Below are positions 40,350 through 55,326 of a DNA stretch of 64,000 nucleotides, piece after piece (position 1 is the stretch's first letter; every line of letters starts with the position of its first letter). The notes under the pieces were generated by a model that was given only the letters and a program-made list of their open reading frames with translations, made no database searches and was not told the DNA's origin. The position numbers and the translations under genes are program-made. The DNA is from the human T2T-CHM13v2.0 reference genome, Homo sapiens: assembly GCF_009914755.1 (NCBI RefSeq), contig NC_060929.1; one strand, given 5' to 3'.

Positions 40350-42030
40350 AGACCTCCTTCTTCCCTATTCTTTCTCTTCCCTCCTTCTAGGACTTCAATT
40401 ATACCTAAATTAAACCTTTTTAAAAGAGCATGTCCCTTGCGTTCTTTCTGCATTTTCATTCTTTTGACTATGTTTCAAGCTGAATATTTTCTTCCGACTA
40501 CTCTACTTTTGCTTTCTAACAAATATACTGTTAAACCTATCTAGTGAGTTATTAATTTGAGATATTATAGGTTTTAGTTCTGGAATTTCTATTTTATTCT
40601 TTGTTATAAATATGCATTTCCTATGAAAATTATTTGTTTCATCTTTTAATATCTTCAGCATATAGTAGTTTCATCTTGTCTGCAAGTTTAATTTCTGTAG
40701 TTTCAGTTACCTGTGGTCAACTGCAGTCTGAAATTATTAAATGGGAAATTCCAGAGATAAACAATTCATAAATTTTAAATTGCACAACATTCTGAGTAGT
40801 GCATTGAAATCTCATGCCATACTGCTCTAACCTGCCCAGGACATGAATCATCCCTTTTTCCAGCATATTTATGCTGCAGACATCACCTGCCTGTTAGTCA
40901 ATTCCTAGCCATCTCAGTTATCAGATAGACTGTCACAGTATCTCAGTGCTCATGTTCAAGTAACTCCTATTTTACTCAACAATGCCCAAATCACAAGACT
41001 AGTGATTCTGGCAATTTTGATATGCCAAAGAGAAGCCAGAAAGTGCTTCCTTGAAGTGAAAGGGTGGAAGTTTTTAACTTAATAAGAATAAAAAATTATG
41101 CCAAGGTTGCTAAGATCTATGATAAGAATTAAGATCTTATCTGTGAAACTGCAAAAAAAGAAAATATTAGAGTATATTGTTATAATTGTTCTATTTTATT
41201 ATTAATTATCATTGTTAATCTCTAATAGTACCTAATTTATAAATTAAACTTTATCATAAGTATGTATATATAGAAAAAAACATAGTATATGTAGGGTTGG
41301 TACTATCTGAGATTTCAGCCATCCATTGGGGCTCTTGAAACATATCTTCCATGGATAAGTGGCAACTACTGTATTAGTTATAGTTATGTTAAATTCATAG
41401 CTCCTATATCTGGATCTCTTATAGTTCTGTTATATTCTCATAGTAATTGATCAATGCCTGGTATCCAGTAATTTTTACTCAATTTTTTATTTTTATTGTA
41501 TATGGAAAAATCACAAAGGATCTTCGAGGCTTTGGATGATGTCATCTGCCTTTAGAGATTTGCTTTTGCTTATAATAGGTAGTTTGAGGAGAGCCATATC
41601 ATCTTAATATGATCAAGGATTAAGTTTATTTACAGAGCAACTTCAGCCTCTTTTGAGGGCTAATCTACTTCCAGTTCATTCTTACTATTAAAGTGAGGTC
41701 ACAGTTAAATACCAGTGATGTTACTCTTGATGAGCTTTACAGTACAACTTGTGTCCCCCAACACCATGAAACTGCCAAAAGTTTGACTCGGCTTTTTAGT
41801 CTTTCAGCTGCAGTTTTTGAATTGGCTGATGCCTCAAAGGGAAAATGGTGCTGAATGCTACCTTTATATCTCTGAGTTTCTCTTTTCTCTGGGATCTGAG
41901 CTCCTTGATTGCTCACTGCCTTAGTAGCTCTCTAATATCTTTAAACAGATTTTTGGGGTATAGGTTTTCTGGTATTCTTAGTAGAAATCTTGGTTTCAAA
42001 CAAGAACATTGCTGGAAGTAAAAACCTCAC
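40350..42030 (-). mobile_element. Very old L1M 5'/ORF1 relic, interrupted by MER44
   Basis: ttctaggacttcaattata...ttttagttctggaatttctatttt; weak antisense L1ME-like similarity. Confidence 0.5.
40663..41371. mobile_element. MER44 (Tigger7-derived, TcMar)
   Basis: Ends tagtagt.../...actactg with TA flanks; gtttcagttacctgtggtcaactgcagtctgaaattattaaatgg. Confidence 0.85.
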
Positions 42031-42072
42031 ATATAAATCTGAATCTATTTCATGGAGGAATAAATCAATATA

Positions 42073-42310
42073 ACACAGTGGGTAAAAGCTCATGCTTGAG
42101 TCAGATTGCCTGAGGTTTGCATCTTAGTGCCACCATTTCTTAACTATGTCATTGAGCAAGTAACTTAAACATTTTGAGTCTGTTACTCTAGCTGTAAAAT
42201 GAGGAAATTAAGGTAGCTTTCTGAAAAAATTGTTATGAGGATGAATTGGAACAGTGCATGTAGAGTGGTCAAGGCAGTGTGTGACATATACTAAGTGCTC
42301 AATAAACATA
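42073..42310 (+). mobile_element. MIR
   Basis: gagtcagattgcctg...gcaagtaacttaa...ctgtaaaatgagg...taagtgctcaataaa. Confidence 0.8.
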
Positions 42311-42669
42311 TACTGGTCTCACAATTACTTAGTTACCATTCCTACCATTTTTACTGCCATAAAAAAACATGAAAGTATACCTATATTCCCATGCAACATT
42401 CCATTTCACTCTCTAAGAAATTTGCAAGATAGAGTAGATATTATTGTACCAACTTACACCCTCTTTCAACTTGAGAAAAACTGAGCTTTAGCTCATCTAC
42501 CTGACTTAGTAAAGACTAAAATGTGGCAGGTCTGACATTTATACACAAGTTCCCCTGAACCCAAATTGTGAATTGTTTTAATAAAGTAATGCATAGAATA
42601 GTGCTGATATTTTAGGTTTGTCTGGCTTAATGCTATGGTTTAAGTGATACATGTTATATTTAGATTCAA

Positions 42670-42820
42670 GACTTAAAGCTTATCTAATACCATAATTTGA
42701 CAATTGGAGAAACCAAGGCTCAGAGGCGGAAAGGTTTTGGCTGAGTTCACACAGCTAGTTAGGAGCAGAGTTGAAGGTAGAACAAGGCCCTAGGCTTTCC
42801 TCTACTTCAGATAGCTCCTT
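42670..42820 (-). mobile_element. MIR
   Basis: gagaaaccaaggctcagagg...cacacagctagtt. Confidence 0.7.
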
Positions 42821-43012
42821 CTATGTCAAAAATATTTGGCTAGCAATAGCTGTAATTTTGACCCTGAAATATCATTAGTAATAGCGACATACTCTCCCTT
42901 TCCAAAAAGTAGCAAAGCAGCCAAGAATTAATCTTATCCCTGATATCAATTATCTATTATTATATTATATCACTTTGAACATTTCATCATGAAATTTTAA
43001 AAATTTAAGGCA

Positions 43013-43344
43013 GGCCGGGCACAGCGGCTCACACCTGTAATCCCAAAGCTTTGGGAGGCTGAGGCAGAAGAATTGCTTGAGGTCCACAGCTCAAGACCAG
43101 CCTGGGTAACAGTGAGACCCATCTCTATAAGAAATAAGAATAAAACAATTAGCCAGATATGGTGGTGTGTGCCTGTAGTCCCAGCTACTCAGGAGGCTGA
43201 GGGAGGAGGATTGATTGAGCCCAGGAGGTAGAGGCTGCAGTGAGCCATGACTCTGCCACTACACTCCAGCCTGGGTGACAGAGACAGACCTTGTCTCAAA
43301 AAATAAAAATAAATAAATAAATAAATAAAATTAATGAAGAAAAG
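43013..43344 (+). mobile_element. AluJ
   Basis: J-type gaggattgattgagccc, gaggctgcagtgagccatga; TSD aaaaatt(t/c)aaggca at 42999-43012 and 43345-43358. Confidence 0.95.
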
Positions 43345-44051
43345 AAAAATTCAAGGCAGCATCATGTGCTTAGCAGGGAAGTAAAGTGAAAATTGCTGTG
43401 TAAGAGTCAATTACTGGTTTATTGTGTGCGATTTTGACTATTCTAAATCAATTCAAGTAATACTAACTTCTCAGTAGCTTTAGAAGGTTTCTTAGCGTTT
43501 TTTGTTTTGTTTTGTTTCCAATTCTATGGAGTATGCAGTAACTACTCACGGAGCAAATAACATCAACCTTTTTAGAACTAACAACTGAAAATATTCTTGT
43601 ACACGTATCCCCTGAATCCAAAGTAAAAGTTGAAATTATTTTAAAAATCTATTCAAAGCTCCCTTTGGATACCTAGATGTTAAAAAATATTGTGGACTAT
43701 TTTGAACTTGGCTTACTCAATTGGTGAGAAAAAAACTTATTAGATCCCAGAAATCCTAAGGAAGGGACTTCTTTTTACAGATTGGGCATGTTCTCACTCC
43801 TGAATAATAGCCCAGGCTGGCCAGGAAGGGTCATGTGAAAACATGGCTGCTTCTACAGGAACTTTACAAGTAGAGTTTGTGGAGAGGCTATTCCACAAAA
43901 GAATCTTCCATGTTGGGAGGGGCAGGGCAGTTGGGCAGTGGTAGATCTTCCATACAACTGTTCCCCATACCTTGTCTGGTGTGGTGTCACCTAAGCTGTT
44001 GAAGAAGGAGAACATGTAACTTCTCTGTATAAAAGGAATATATACATATAT

Positions 44052-44337
44052 TTGAGAAGGAGTCTTGCTTTGTCTCCCAGGCCGGAGTGCAGTGGCGTGA
44101 TCCCGGCTCACTTGCAACCTCCGCCTCCCGGGTTCAAGCGATTCTCCTATCTCAGCCTCGCGGGTAGCTTGGACTACAGATGCGCGCCACCACGCCCAGC
44201 AAATTTTTGTATTTTTAGTAGAGATGGGGTTTTGCCATGTTGGCCAGACTGGTCTCCAACTCCTTACCTGAGGTTATCCGCCCGCCTCAGCCTCCCAAAG
44301 TGCTGGGATTAGAGGCGTGAAATACAGCCCCCGGCCT
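44052..44337 (-). mobile_element. AluS
   Basis: Full dimer, tail degraded to TA-rich sequence; TSD-like aaggaatat on both sides. Confidence 0.93.
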
Positions 44338-44964
44338 ACAAGGAATATTTTAATCTAAGAGGTCTGGTCTTAATTCTGTTACTATTGTTTCCTTTTTTCA
44401 ACCATTTCATTTTCTTTCTCCTTTTTCTTCCCTAATCTGTTCTCTTCTATTTCCAGTCCTTACTTCAATTTTCAACATCTTCAAGAATTTCAAAAGTATA
44501 AAATCACACGCATCATAATATAGGAATCAGATTTTATCAATCTATTCACCCTAAGGTGAAGATTGAAGGTATTCATTCGATGTAAGATTAGTAGCTACAA
44601 AGAGAATCAAAGACTGCAACACTTATCCCCAAAGATCAAATAACTATCTTTCCTGGGCAAAGGTAGGTATTTATGGAGGAGGTTTCTTAGTTTTCAAATC
44701 ATTTCTAATTTGCATCTAGAAAATTAGAACAAATGTTCTATCAAAAAATATATACATGGTTATTTAGCTTTTCAGCTGCACAGACAGAAAGCCCACTGTG
44801 CACCCTCGCCCTGAATATCTTGTGGGAAGAATATAATTGCCTTTATTTTAGGAGAAGCATTTCTTTTCACAAAAGGCACAAATTTCTCAAGATAAAAGCT
44901 GACAAGAAGATGGGCTGAGACACTGAAGAAAGCTAGATTACAATCTCTAATACCTTTTTCTTAA

Positions 44965-45135
44965 AGGAAAAAACTTTATTGAGATATAATTCACATGCTA
45001 TATAATTTACCCATATAAAATTTAAAATTTGATAATTTTAGTATATTCAGTTTTACATCCCCATAATCAATATTAGAATATTTTCATCATTCACATGAAT
45101 TAAACCCTGTATCCATTAGCAATCATTTCACACTT
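44965..45135 (-). mobile_element. Old L1M 3' end
   Basis: actttattgagatataattcacatgc...aaaccctgtatccattagcaatca. Confidence 0.75.
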
Positions 45136-46129
45136 CACAATCCATAAAAATTTGTCACTGATGGAAGTTCTAAGGATGATCCCTCTATATGTCAAATTTG
45201 TCCACTTATTTTTAAAAGGCCAAGGGCCTGGAAAGAGACTCTTGTGGGCACTCCAACAATGGTGAAGTTTTGCCTTCTACAGGGCTGGATTGAACACTAG
45301 TATTTGGATCTACAGGCACACTGAATTACTGAATGAAGTGTGAAGTCACTCAATGTGGCTATTCACAGCCATAGTGCAGCTCAGAATCTGATCTCAGCCC
45401 AGAACCCATGTGCTCCTGATTCTCATTTGAGACTCTTTCCAGCATCACACTTCCTTTTTTGGGATAAGCTTTCAAATGTAAAGGAAATGCCTTCAATCCT
45501 AAATCCAAGTCCAAATCCCTCTCCAACATACTGAGCAATGTCTGATATTCGTTTCCCAAAAAACCTCACCTTTCTTTACACATGTATAAAAGTGGCAAAA
45601 AAAAAAAAAATGCATGGCAGAGTACAATGACTTACAACCTGGGCCTCTAAGGAGAAGTGAAAGGCTTATGTACAAGAAAGATAAAGGAAACAACTAGGGA
45701 TCCTGGGAAGCCGTAGACTCATTTCTGCCTTTTTGCACTGACTGAGGCCGGGCCCCAAGGAAGATGTGGGTTGAATTGCTTCCAGAACTAATTGCTCTGG
45801 GCTGCAGTGATAGTCTTCAGTTCCTTGCTGACTTCAATTAAGTGGAAAAACAATCCTTAGTGGTCTTTCTTGCTAAAAATTGCTGAGTAATATCCCAAAT
45901 TCTTCAGGTCTCAGACCAACATAGCATAGTTAAAAAGTATTGTACATAAGTAGAAGTCTAGGCCCCAGGGCACTAGTGCACTGGTATGGAACAGATATGG
46001 ACCTACACAGAAATAGGGCAAGTGTGTCTTTTCTATTGGAATATCAGTAAGCTCTATGGTTAATTTTTGCATTAAAAAGTTATGTCTGCTTTGTCTGGAT
46101 TCTTTGAAGATATCTTGCCTGAAGCAGAA

Positions 46130-46330
46130 GAGTATAGTAGAAAGGCATGATCTTGGATGTATTGAAACAAACAAACAAAAATCTGCTTCAAGCATTATGG
46201 CCTTGAAAAAAATATTTCATCTATATAAGTTAATTGTCTCATGAAACTGTTTTGAAGAATAGATGGTTAATGTATGTAGAGCTGTGTAACAGCACCTAGA
46301 ACATCAAAGTAGGTATTACTGTGATTATTA
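46130..46330 (+). mobile_element. MIR
   Basis: agtatagtagaaagg...ttcatctata...aacagcacctagaac. Confidence 0.55.
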
Positions 46331-47319
46331 CTGAGCCCTCCTTCCCGTCATAACCTATCCTCATGTTCTCTCTCCTCCCTCCTATTCCTGAAGGGACTGA
46401 AAATTTAGTTTATGCCAATGGGATAGTGGTTAAAGAGATTTCATATGTAACCCCTCCCAATGGCATTAGATGGAGATAATGAAAGAAGTAAGTGGAGTGT
46501 TTATCAAATGAATTCCAGCTATAAGTCAACCACTGCAACAGCTGTTTAGGAAATGTGACAACCCCTAAAATCACTATGCCAAAGAGAATGCCTCCTTATT
46601 TGATCTGGAAGAAGTATGCCAAGGAAGTATGGTTAATATGCTTGCTCTAGCAGTCAGTTCTAGTGTGGGAGACCTCATGATTGGTCTCCATAATGGTAAA
46701 GTGTCAGCACTTTTATATTAGTCCGGAGTTACAGGCAGTTTCTGGGTAAGTCATTTAACTTGTGGGCCTCAGTTCCTCTGCCTTTCAAATGGGTTTAAGT
46801 GTCTATTTTTTTTTTTCAAATGAGTGGGTATGTGTAATTTTCTGTCAAGTTTCAAGTACTAGATGCCAAGCACTAGGAATAAGGATAGAATTTTCAAGCA
46901 GCAAGATATAGAGAAAACAAAAAAACAGACAGATATCTAGGGTAAAGTCATGGTTAGAGGAAAATAAGTCTGGAGAAACTCTTCAAGGCTAGAAAGACCT
47001 TGATGGGCTAATGAGGCCCATCTTATGTTTAAGAAATGAACTGCTACGGACACTAAACTGGGACAAACTCTGTCTTTCCTATTTATCTCAAAGAATTATT
47101 CTGCAATTTAAATGAGATAATCTTTGTGATGACAATTTGAATGTCAGCAGTATAATATTGCAAATTTATGAGAACATTTTCTTTTTACACCAGGAAAAGA
47201 AATGTCCTTATCATTTAAAGGATAAACCAGATTTCACAGCTATTTGGTACATTCAGAATTTAAGTTACCATAAAGGCAAACAGATTAGTTATTATGTGGT
47301 TACTGGTTAGCAAATTTGG

Positions 47320-47540
47320 GAATAGAGTGAGAACACTGTGTTAATAGATGTGAGAGACGTGGCTATGCCACTTGGCAACAATGTGACCTTAGGCAAGTAG
47401 TGTAACCTCACTTAACCTTTGTTTCATCATCTTAAAAAAAAGATAATTATTTCTGTCTTAGTAATTTGATCTTGTTAGAATCAAATTATAGATTGCAATG
47501 TGAAAGCACTTTGTAAATGGAAATGTGCTGTGCAAATGTA
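47320..47540 (+). mobile_element. MIR
   Basis: tgtgaccttaggcaagtagtgtaacctc...tgtgaaagcactttgtaaa. Confidence 0.7.
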
Positions 47541-47651
47541 ATAACAGATAGAAATTAAAACTTAACCCTTTCTAAATTTCACCAGCCTAAAAATCCCCAG
47601 AAATTTTTGTCTTAGCATTGCATTCTTCTGATAAATCTGCCCCATGTCCAC

Positions 47652-47694
47652 CACACACACGCACACACACACATACATACACACACACACACAC
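47652..47694. repeat. Imperfect (CA)n
   Basis: Visible run. Confidence 0.9.
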
Positions 47695-48246
47695 TTGCAT
47701 CTCAATCTGTCTATAAGGTCAAATAAATCCTAAGAGAACAAGTGAATAAAGTATATGAGTGGGCTGGTCCTAATCCATTTGGTCCATTGTCATGGAGTAT
47801 AAACAAAAAAATTTGTCATTCTCCTAGCAATTAATAAGCCTCTCTGAGCAGACCTGGGATGGGGCACTGTGCCCCCAAATGGCAGCAGCATTACTGGATG
47901 ACTTCACCCCCTGAGGCTATGACTGCACTGAGAGCAACTTAAGTAGCATCAAGGCAATTTCAGAAGATTGCTTGCTTCTCTATTATCTTGCCTTTCTTCT
48001 TCTTCTTCTTATAAGAACAGACTCTCCTCAGCTGACATTCTGCAGTAGGAGGAAGACAAGTAACATCCAACGGCTCACAGCCAAGTGTTTGATTGGAACA
48101 CTAATACTGAATATGTCTCCTTAGAGCTGCCATGCCCAAATTATCCACTCCTCCACAATTTTGGTTTATGGACATTTTGCAGGACAGACCAAGATGCCAT
48201 CTTGCTTCATTCTTTATTATCTATCTATGGCTAACATTTAAAGCTA

Positions 48247-48460
<214 letters not shown>

Positions 48461-49899
48461 TGCAGTAAAAATTTTCCCAAGTATAATCAGCTTTTATTTC
48501 CTTCAATTAGTTTTGTTGATATGGGCAAATTTAGAACCAAGCAGAATATATGTGGACATGGTCTTTTAGGAGATTGGAGCTTAATTTTTTAGATTTATTT
48601 TTTAAGTTGCACAATTAATGCATACAAATGTATAAATTCATAAAATATAAAAGAGCAAAGAAAAAAGAGGAAGCTCTCCCTAGTTTTACTCTATTTAAAA
48701 GAAGCTTATTTTTTGCAAGAAACAGGCACAAACTTATATAAAAAATGACAACTTAAGTTAGAAGCAAAAATAAAACATAATTGTAATTAGAACCAGACAG
48801 GAAAAGAACAGTCCTTAGTAGACCAGGTCAATTGCAGTAAGAGTGTGCACTCTCACCAAGTAGTATAAAAGGAGCTTTCAATCATATCACTAATTAGATT
48901 TTTTCTGAATAAGTAAAATAGGTAAAGTAGAAAGTTGCAAAAATTATAACACGATACACTTAAAGAAAGGTCTGTTATTTTTTGTCAAGCATCTATAGAA
49001 AATGCCTGGACAAAACCAAATTACGAAATATCTTATTAGACCTATTTATTTTTGTTGAGTCAGCATTGAAGTTCATTTTTTGTTTGTGTTTAGATATACA
49101 TAATTTATTTTTGGCTTAATAGAAATGTGGTCCTTCCTTATAATATCTTAATGTTCAATGAGATGGAGTAAGTGTCTCTCTTCTTAATCTTTTTTAGTTT
49201 GTTTGTATCTCGAGGGTTGGGGAGGCAGGAGATATCAATCACCTTCTCAGACCTAGTCTCAGAATCCATAATTCAAGGTGAAATTTCTGTTACTTATCAA
49301 TGTTTCTGAAGTGTTTGATATGTTATAAATCAATTTTTTGCCCTACGTGGAAGTGATCACATAACAGATTTTCATTTGGCTTACATGTCAAGTCCAGGGA
49401 TCCTTTTCTTGTCTCTATTTATACCCCAAAACAATTGTGACAGTTAATAGGAAATCCTTACTTTTGTCTGCATCCCCTTGGCTTAGACTTCATGGCAGAA
49501 GTTCAGGACCATGGACAGCATCCCGGACAGTTGGCATTCGTATGCCTACAAAACAAGAGGCATGATCCATAGTCTCAAGGAGCTTATGGTATTGTTTCTG
49601 AGACAATAATAATCTAGAAAAGCACAACAAATAAGTATGCAAATAAATAACATAACATAGTTTATAAAATAAAAAGAATCATAGGTGAAAAAGTAATAAT
49701 CCGGCAGTTATGGGATTTTAGGCAAATTATTTCCTCTCTCTGAGCAGCAATTCTTCCTTTTATAATAGGAGAATTAGATTAGACCAGTGATTTCCAGATT
49801 ATTATGTTCTCAATCCAGTCAAATTAAAAAAAAAAAAAACAAATTTAGGTGGTAAAGATAGGATGCTTAGCCCTATTTTTTGCCAAATTAAGGGCATTA

Positions 49900-50280
<381 letters not shown>

Positions 50281-50339
50281 TCAACACCCAAAAAAGAACT
50301 TAATCACAGAATAGAAACAGCTCGTTATAAAATAGGACA

Positions 50340-50470
50340 CTTCATTTATTTGTTTATTCTGAAAAACATGTGTTGAATGCTTGCTGTGTGCCATGCTGTA
50401 TCTGGTGGTGGAAATGCTGTGGCGAAGAAGCAGACAAGTCTCAGTGGGGATCCCATCAAGGAGATCAAAG
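50340..50470 (-). mobile_element. L2 3' end
   Basis: ttcatttatttgtttattc...tgttgaatgcttgctgtgtgcca. Confidence 0.6.
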
Positions 50471-51719
50471 AATGGCAACTTTGACAGTATATACTCTGTG
50501 CAGATAGATTCATTCATTCTATTATAAACTAGTGAAAACATCATCCACTAATACCCATTCTTGGACTAAAATTTGGAAACCACTGTTCCACAGGATTACC
50601 AGTTTCCAGATCCTATGGTTAATAAGGTCCAGAGGCTCTATCATAAATAATAAGTGTAAACAGGGAAGTATCAGTGTTGGTTGGAATAATTTAAACCCAA
50701 TAAGAAAATCTAGGTAGAGATGGAAGGCATTTTATTTTGATTTAAGTTTGATGCGAAATAAAGTGGATATAAAGTTCTTATTCTTACTTGGAATTCGCTT
50801 TTTCTACTCACTGACAAAAACATTTAAGATATTATTGGTTATCATCATGATAATTAATGTATTAGCTTATCTGGCAACCCCAAATTTGGGGGGTTGGCAT
50901 TCTATCTTCCATGAGATACTGATAGAAAGGAATTACATTATGTGTCCAGGAGGTAATAGCAAACCAATTATTTTAATTTGGGTAGTTGCTTTGCCTTGGA
51001 AGATGTGATTATAAAGTCACTAAATCTTAGTAGTCCAGGTTTACTCCATGTCTGAACAAGATTAGCAAGTGTACTGATTGAAATCTTCGTCTGACTCAAG
51101 TTGCCATTTGTTTGGCCATGTGATGAAATCCCTGAGAAGTTCATTTTTGGGTTCGTTGATAATTATTTACAATAGAAAAAGAGTGAGCAAACAATCTTCC
51201 ACTTTGCAATGAGATAGGCAAGATGGAGTTGTATTTTGCCACAAAGTTTCCACTGAATCATATCTAATGTCCAGGATAAATGGCTTGAAAATAAATTTAA
51301 ATGAGAATAACTAGAGAACATACTCAGGACCACTGGGCCAACAGGGAAGGGGAGAATATAAGTGAACTTGTAGGATAAATAAGTATAAATGAGGTACAAA
51401 TTGTATCAGCATTCAGTTATGGGAGGGATGACTAAAAGACATCCAGTTGTCATGGAGAAGAACGCACAGAGAGACAAATAACGATGCTTAAATTACAGGA
51501 CATGGGAACTGGAAAAGCTATTGACCTGTACACAGGAACATGGGGAATTTTATTCTAGTTCTGCTTCTTTGCTAATTTACTGCATAACACTGGTAAAACC
51601 ATCAGCCTTCTTTCTGCTTCAGATATTTCTTTGCTGTATGTGCCAGATGGGTTAAACAATCCTGTTCCTTGGGATACATTAGTGTGCACTCAGGAAACAA
51701 TTCAGTTGGTTTTTGAGAG

Positions 51720-51945
51720 TAAAGATACTGTGGTCAAACAAACCAAGGCTCAAATCATGGCTTACCAGCCACAACACTCACCAAACACATAGATCAGCCA
51801 TGTTATTTAACCTATCTGCCTAATAATCTTAATCAGTAAAATGTGAGTAACAGTAATATCAACATTATATGATTCTTGTACAACTTAAATAAAATAGGTA
51901 CATAAACTTCTTAGCTCAATGTCAGGAATACATGTGATTATTGTT
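51720..51945 (+). mobile_element. MIR
   Basis: ggctcaaatcatggctt...gttatttaacct...cagtaaaatg. Confidence 0.6.
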
Positions 51946-52636
51946 GCTCAAGGCCAGTGCATACTGAAATTTCCAAGTCATGTCCTCATTATTCAGCAGC
52001 CATAGCAAAGATTAAGTCTCTCCAGGACTCTTTGCTTATCATCTGACTGCACAAAATAACAAAGCCAACAGCCTAATGGAATTGGTGAACTCTTAGTATT
52101 ACCATCATATGTGAAGACTAGCAGCCAGCACATTTTCCCTTGTGCCTGTTGTTGCATTTATCAAAAAATGAAAACATATATTACAAAAGCATCTACAAAC
52201 TAGGAATTACACTTGGACTGCCACCTTGTTCCTGTTCCCTTGTACTCCCTGGCTTCAGTAATGTGGCTGAAGCAGAGAAGATGTTAAATGCCACAGGGCT
52301 AGGGAAGACAGACAAAGACAACTTCTGTTTCTCCTAAGAAGACATCCTTTCTAGCAGAAATATGAAATATTTTTTATTTGGAAAGACAGATCTGTTTTCA
52401 CTATATTAAATATTTTATAAAAATTTTCCCAGAGTAAAAGAAATTTAATTTTACAAATATTAATCATGTACCTATCACAATTCAGACACAGTGTTTGATG
52501 TATGCAAGAAGAGGCAGTTGTCAAATAAATAAGACATTTTCCTTTGCTCTCCCTTCCTCTTACCACCCTGTAGTTGCACAAACACACACACACACATGCA
52601 CACATGATTAGGGAACTGAGAAGCAATAAAAATAAA

Positions 52637-52825
52637 GTGGCTCCCAAAGTTTGTTCCTTCCACTAGCGTTATCAGCATCACCTGGGAATCTGTTAGAAAT
52701 GCAAATTTTCAGGCCCGACTCCTGATCTCTAAAGTCAGAAACTCTGGGGATAGTGCCCAGCAATGACTGTTTTAAAAAGCCCTCCAGGGGATTTGATGCA
52801 CACTTGGGTTTCAGAAAACTTCTCT
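52637..52825. mobile_element. MER5A
   Basis: atcagcatcacctgggaatctgttagaaatgcaaattttcaggccc...tcagaaactctgggg. Confidence 0.85.
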
Positions 52826-53003
52826 AGCAGGACTTTGAGTGTCTTTTGAGAGAGAGGCAATTCACATACAGGCAACCTCAGTCTCTATCACAGAACCAGG
52901 ACGTGCCCTTGGAGACATTAATCATCATTCTATGTCTCAGTTTCTCAACTATAAAATGGAAACAAATATTTTTCTACTTTGGAAGCATAATCTGAAATAT
53001 ACT

Positions 53004-53420
53004 TGTGGCCATCGTGAGAATGTGCCTAGCTGACCTCCTGCTACAGGGAGTGTGACTTAGGGTTCCAGCTGAAGCACTTTGAAATCTATCCACACGTTTG
53101 CACTGAGACCATGCTGTTCTCAGGCTGCCAGCTAATGACTAGTTTCATAGAGGATACTAAGACAGACCCATCATGGAAGATATGGACAACTCAGTCTTGA
53201 GACTATCTGACAGATTTGCCAAACTGTCTGGTGACTGTGTGGCAGTTCAGAATGATTCCACCCAACTTCTCCCTCTCCTTCAATTAGGCTTACTGCACTG
53301 TGACTCTTCCAGCCTTCCTGATCTTCTGTTTCCTTTTACATGGGCATTTTATCTAATAAAGTCCTTGCACATTTAATCCCACTGTGGTTCCTGCTTCACA
53401 AAGGACACAGATTCACACAC
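53004..53420 (+). mobile_element. LTR16C-like ERVL LTR
   Basis: tgtggccatcgtgagaatgtgcc...ctaataaagtccttgcacatttaatccc...ctgcttc...cacaca. Confidence 0.7.
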
Positions 53421-53899
53421 TTGTTTCAGCCAATTTTCCATTTAAGATAATTCTATTCAAGAAACATGCCCTCTGCCTTGGGAAAGTTGGCTGTTAAACC
53501 CATTTTATAGTAGTCAATCATAAAATATCAATTATACTTAATTAGGAGAGGATATAGAAATGAGGAATGATATACATATTTCAATCTTGGACCCCTATTT
53601 TAAGAACCAAATTTCTGCTTCATTTAGAGCCTTCATTATTGCCGCTCTTTCTGAAAATTCTGCTTCTTGTATCCATAGATCCTTCTTAGGGTGGTGACCT
53701 GACCTTTCCTGTAGTTTTCCCTTTCTATCTTTGACCTGAACCATGCAACCTGCTAACACATATCCTGGATGGTCACTCATCCGCCTGAACATGTGGACTA
53801 TCCCTTTTTCTGAGATTTATCTGTGACTACAGTATACTTCACTGTGGAATTACCTGCTTCTTTATTCTACTTTGAAGAGGAATAGTTACATGTTGAAGT

Positions 53900-54110
53900 C
53901 CTATAGTTATATATACCTGAATTTCAATTACAGTTCATCTCCCTAGTAATTAGATGCCCTTGGACATGTTACTCACAACCTCTCTGAGCCTCAGTTTATA
54001 ACCTGACTTCTAGAGTTATGAAAAATACTCAAGGAGAAACCCTCATAAAGGGATTATCACAGAAGCTGACACATAGTAAATATTCAACGCATAGCTGCTA
54101 CTATTATCGT
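53900..54110 (+). mobile_element. MIR
   Basis: ccttggacatgttactcacaacctctctgagcctcagttt. Confidence 0.7.
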
Positions 54111-54463
54111 TATCATCACTACTTGATAGACCAAGTAGTAATGGATATTTTGAACACCATACATTGTCCTGAAGGAGGATTAATTTCTAACATTCTCATC
54201 CTGCTTTCAGGGAATAAGTAAGCAATACAGTTCCAGCTACTGCTTATCTCTGTGGCCCCATTTTGCTATATGCTCAGCGCTAAGGCAGGTTATACTCATA
54301 TTTCACAGGGAGCTGTACAAAATAATCCCCATCAAATTAAGAATGTGAAAGGCCCCTGAATAACACATACTAAAGTCACCGGAGAGCAGAAATGATGTCT
54401 TAATTCATCTGGTTTCATCTTGTGCTTAGCACAATACCTAACAGTATAGTCAAGAGATGATGA

Positions 54464-54821
<358 letters not shown>

Positions 54822-54973
54822 CCTTCTTCCACTCTTGATGTGTCCTTTTATGTGGAGAAAATTTCAATATGCATGATACCCCTAAATGTTTCCTGCTTAT
54901 TCACTGGTTGCACCAAGAAAGAGTAGAGTGATTTACATGATTGGTAACTTGGGGGAAGAGAAATTATGCATGT

Positions 54974-55326
54974 CATATTAGCCTGTTCTCACGTTGCTGA
55001 TAAAGACATACTTAAGACTGGGAAGCAAAGTAGGTTTGATGGACTCACAGTTCCACATGGTTAATGAGGCCTGACAATCATGGTGGAAGGAAAAAGGCAC
55101 TTCTTACCTGGCAGCAGCAAGACAGAATGAGAAAGAAGCAAAAGCAGAAACTCCTTATGAAACCATGTGATCTTGTGAGACTTAATCACCATCATGAGAG
55201 CAGTATAGGAGAAACCACTCCCATGATTCAATTACCTCCCACAGGGTTCCTCCCACAACATGTGGGAATTATGGGAGTATAATCCAAGATGAGATTTGGG
55301 TGGAGACACAGAGCCAAATCATATCA
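54974..55326 (-). mobile_element. THE1 (C/D-like) solo LTR
   Basis: ctgataaagacatac...gactcacagttccacatgg...gagatttgggtggagacacagagccaaatcatatca; perfect 5-bp TSD CATGT (54969-54973, 55327-55331). Confidence 0.93.

Noticed and set aside
50874-50898. Palindrome ccccaaatttgggg
   Set aside because: Short and low-complexity; plausibly chance or slippage, with no supporting context
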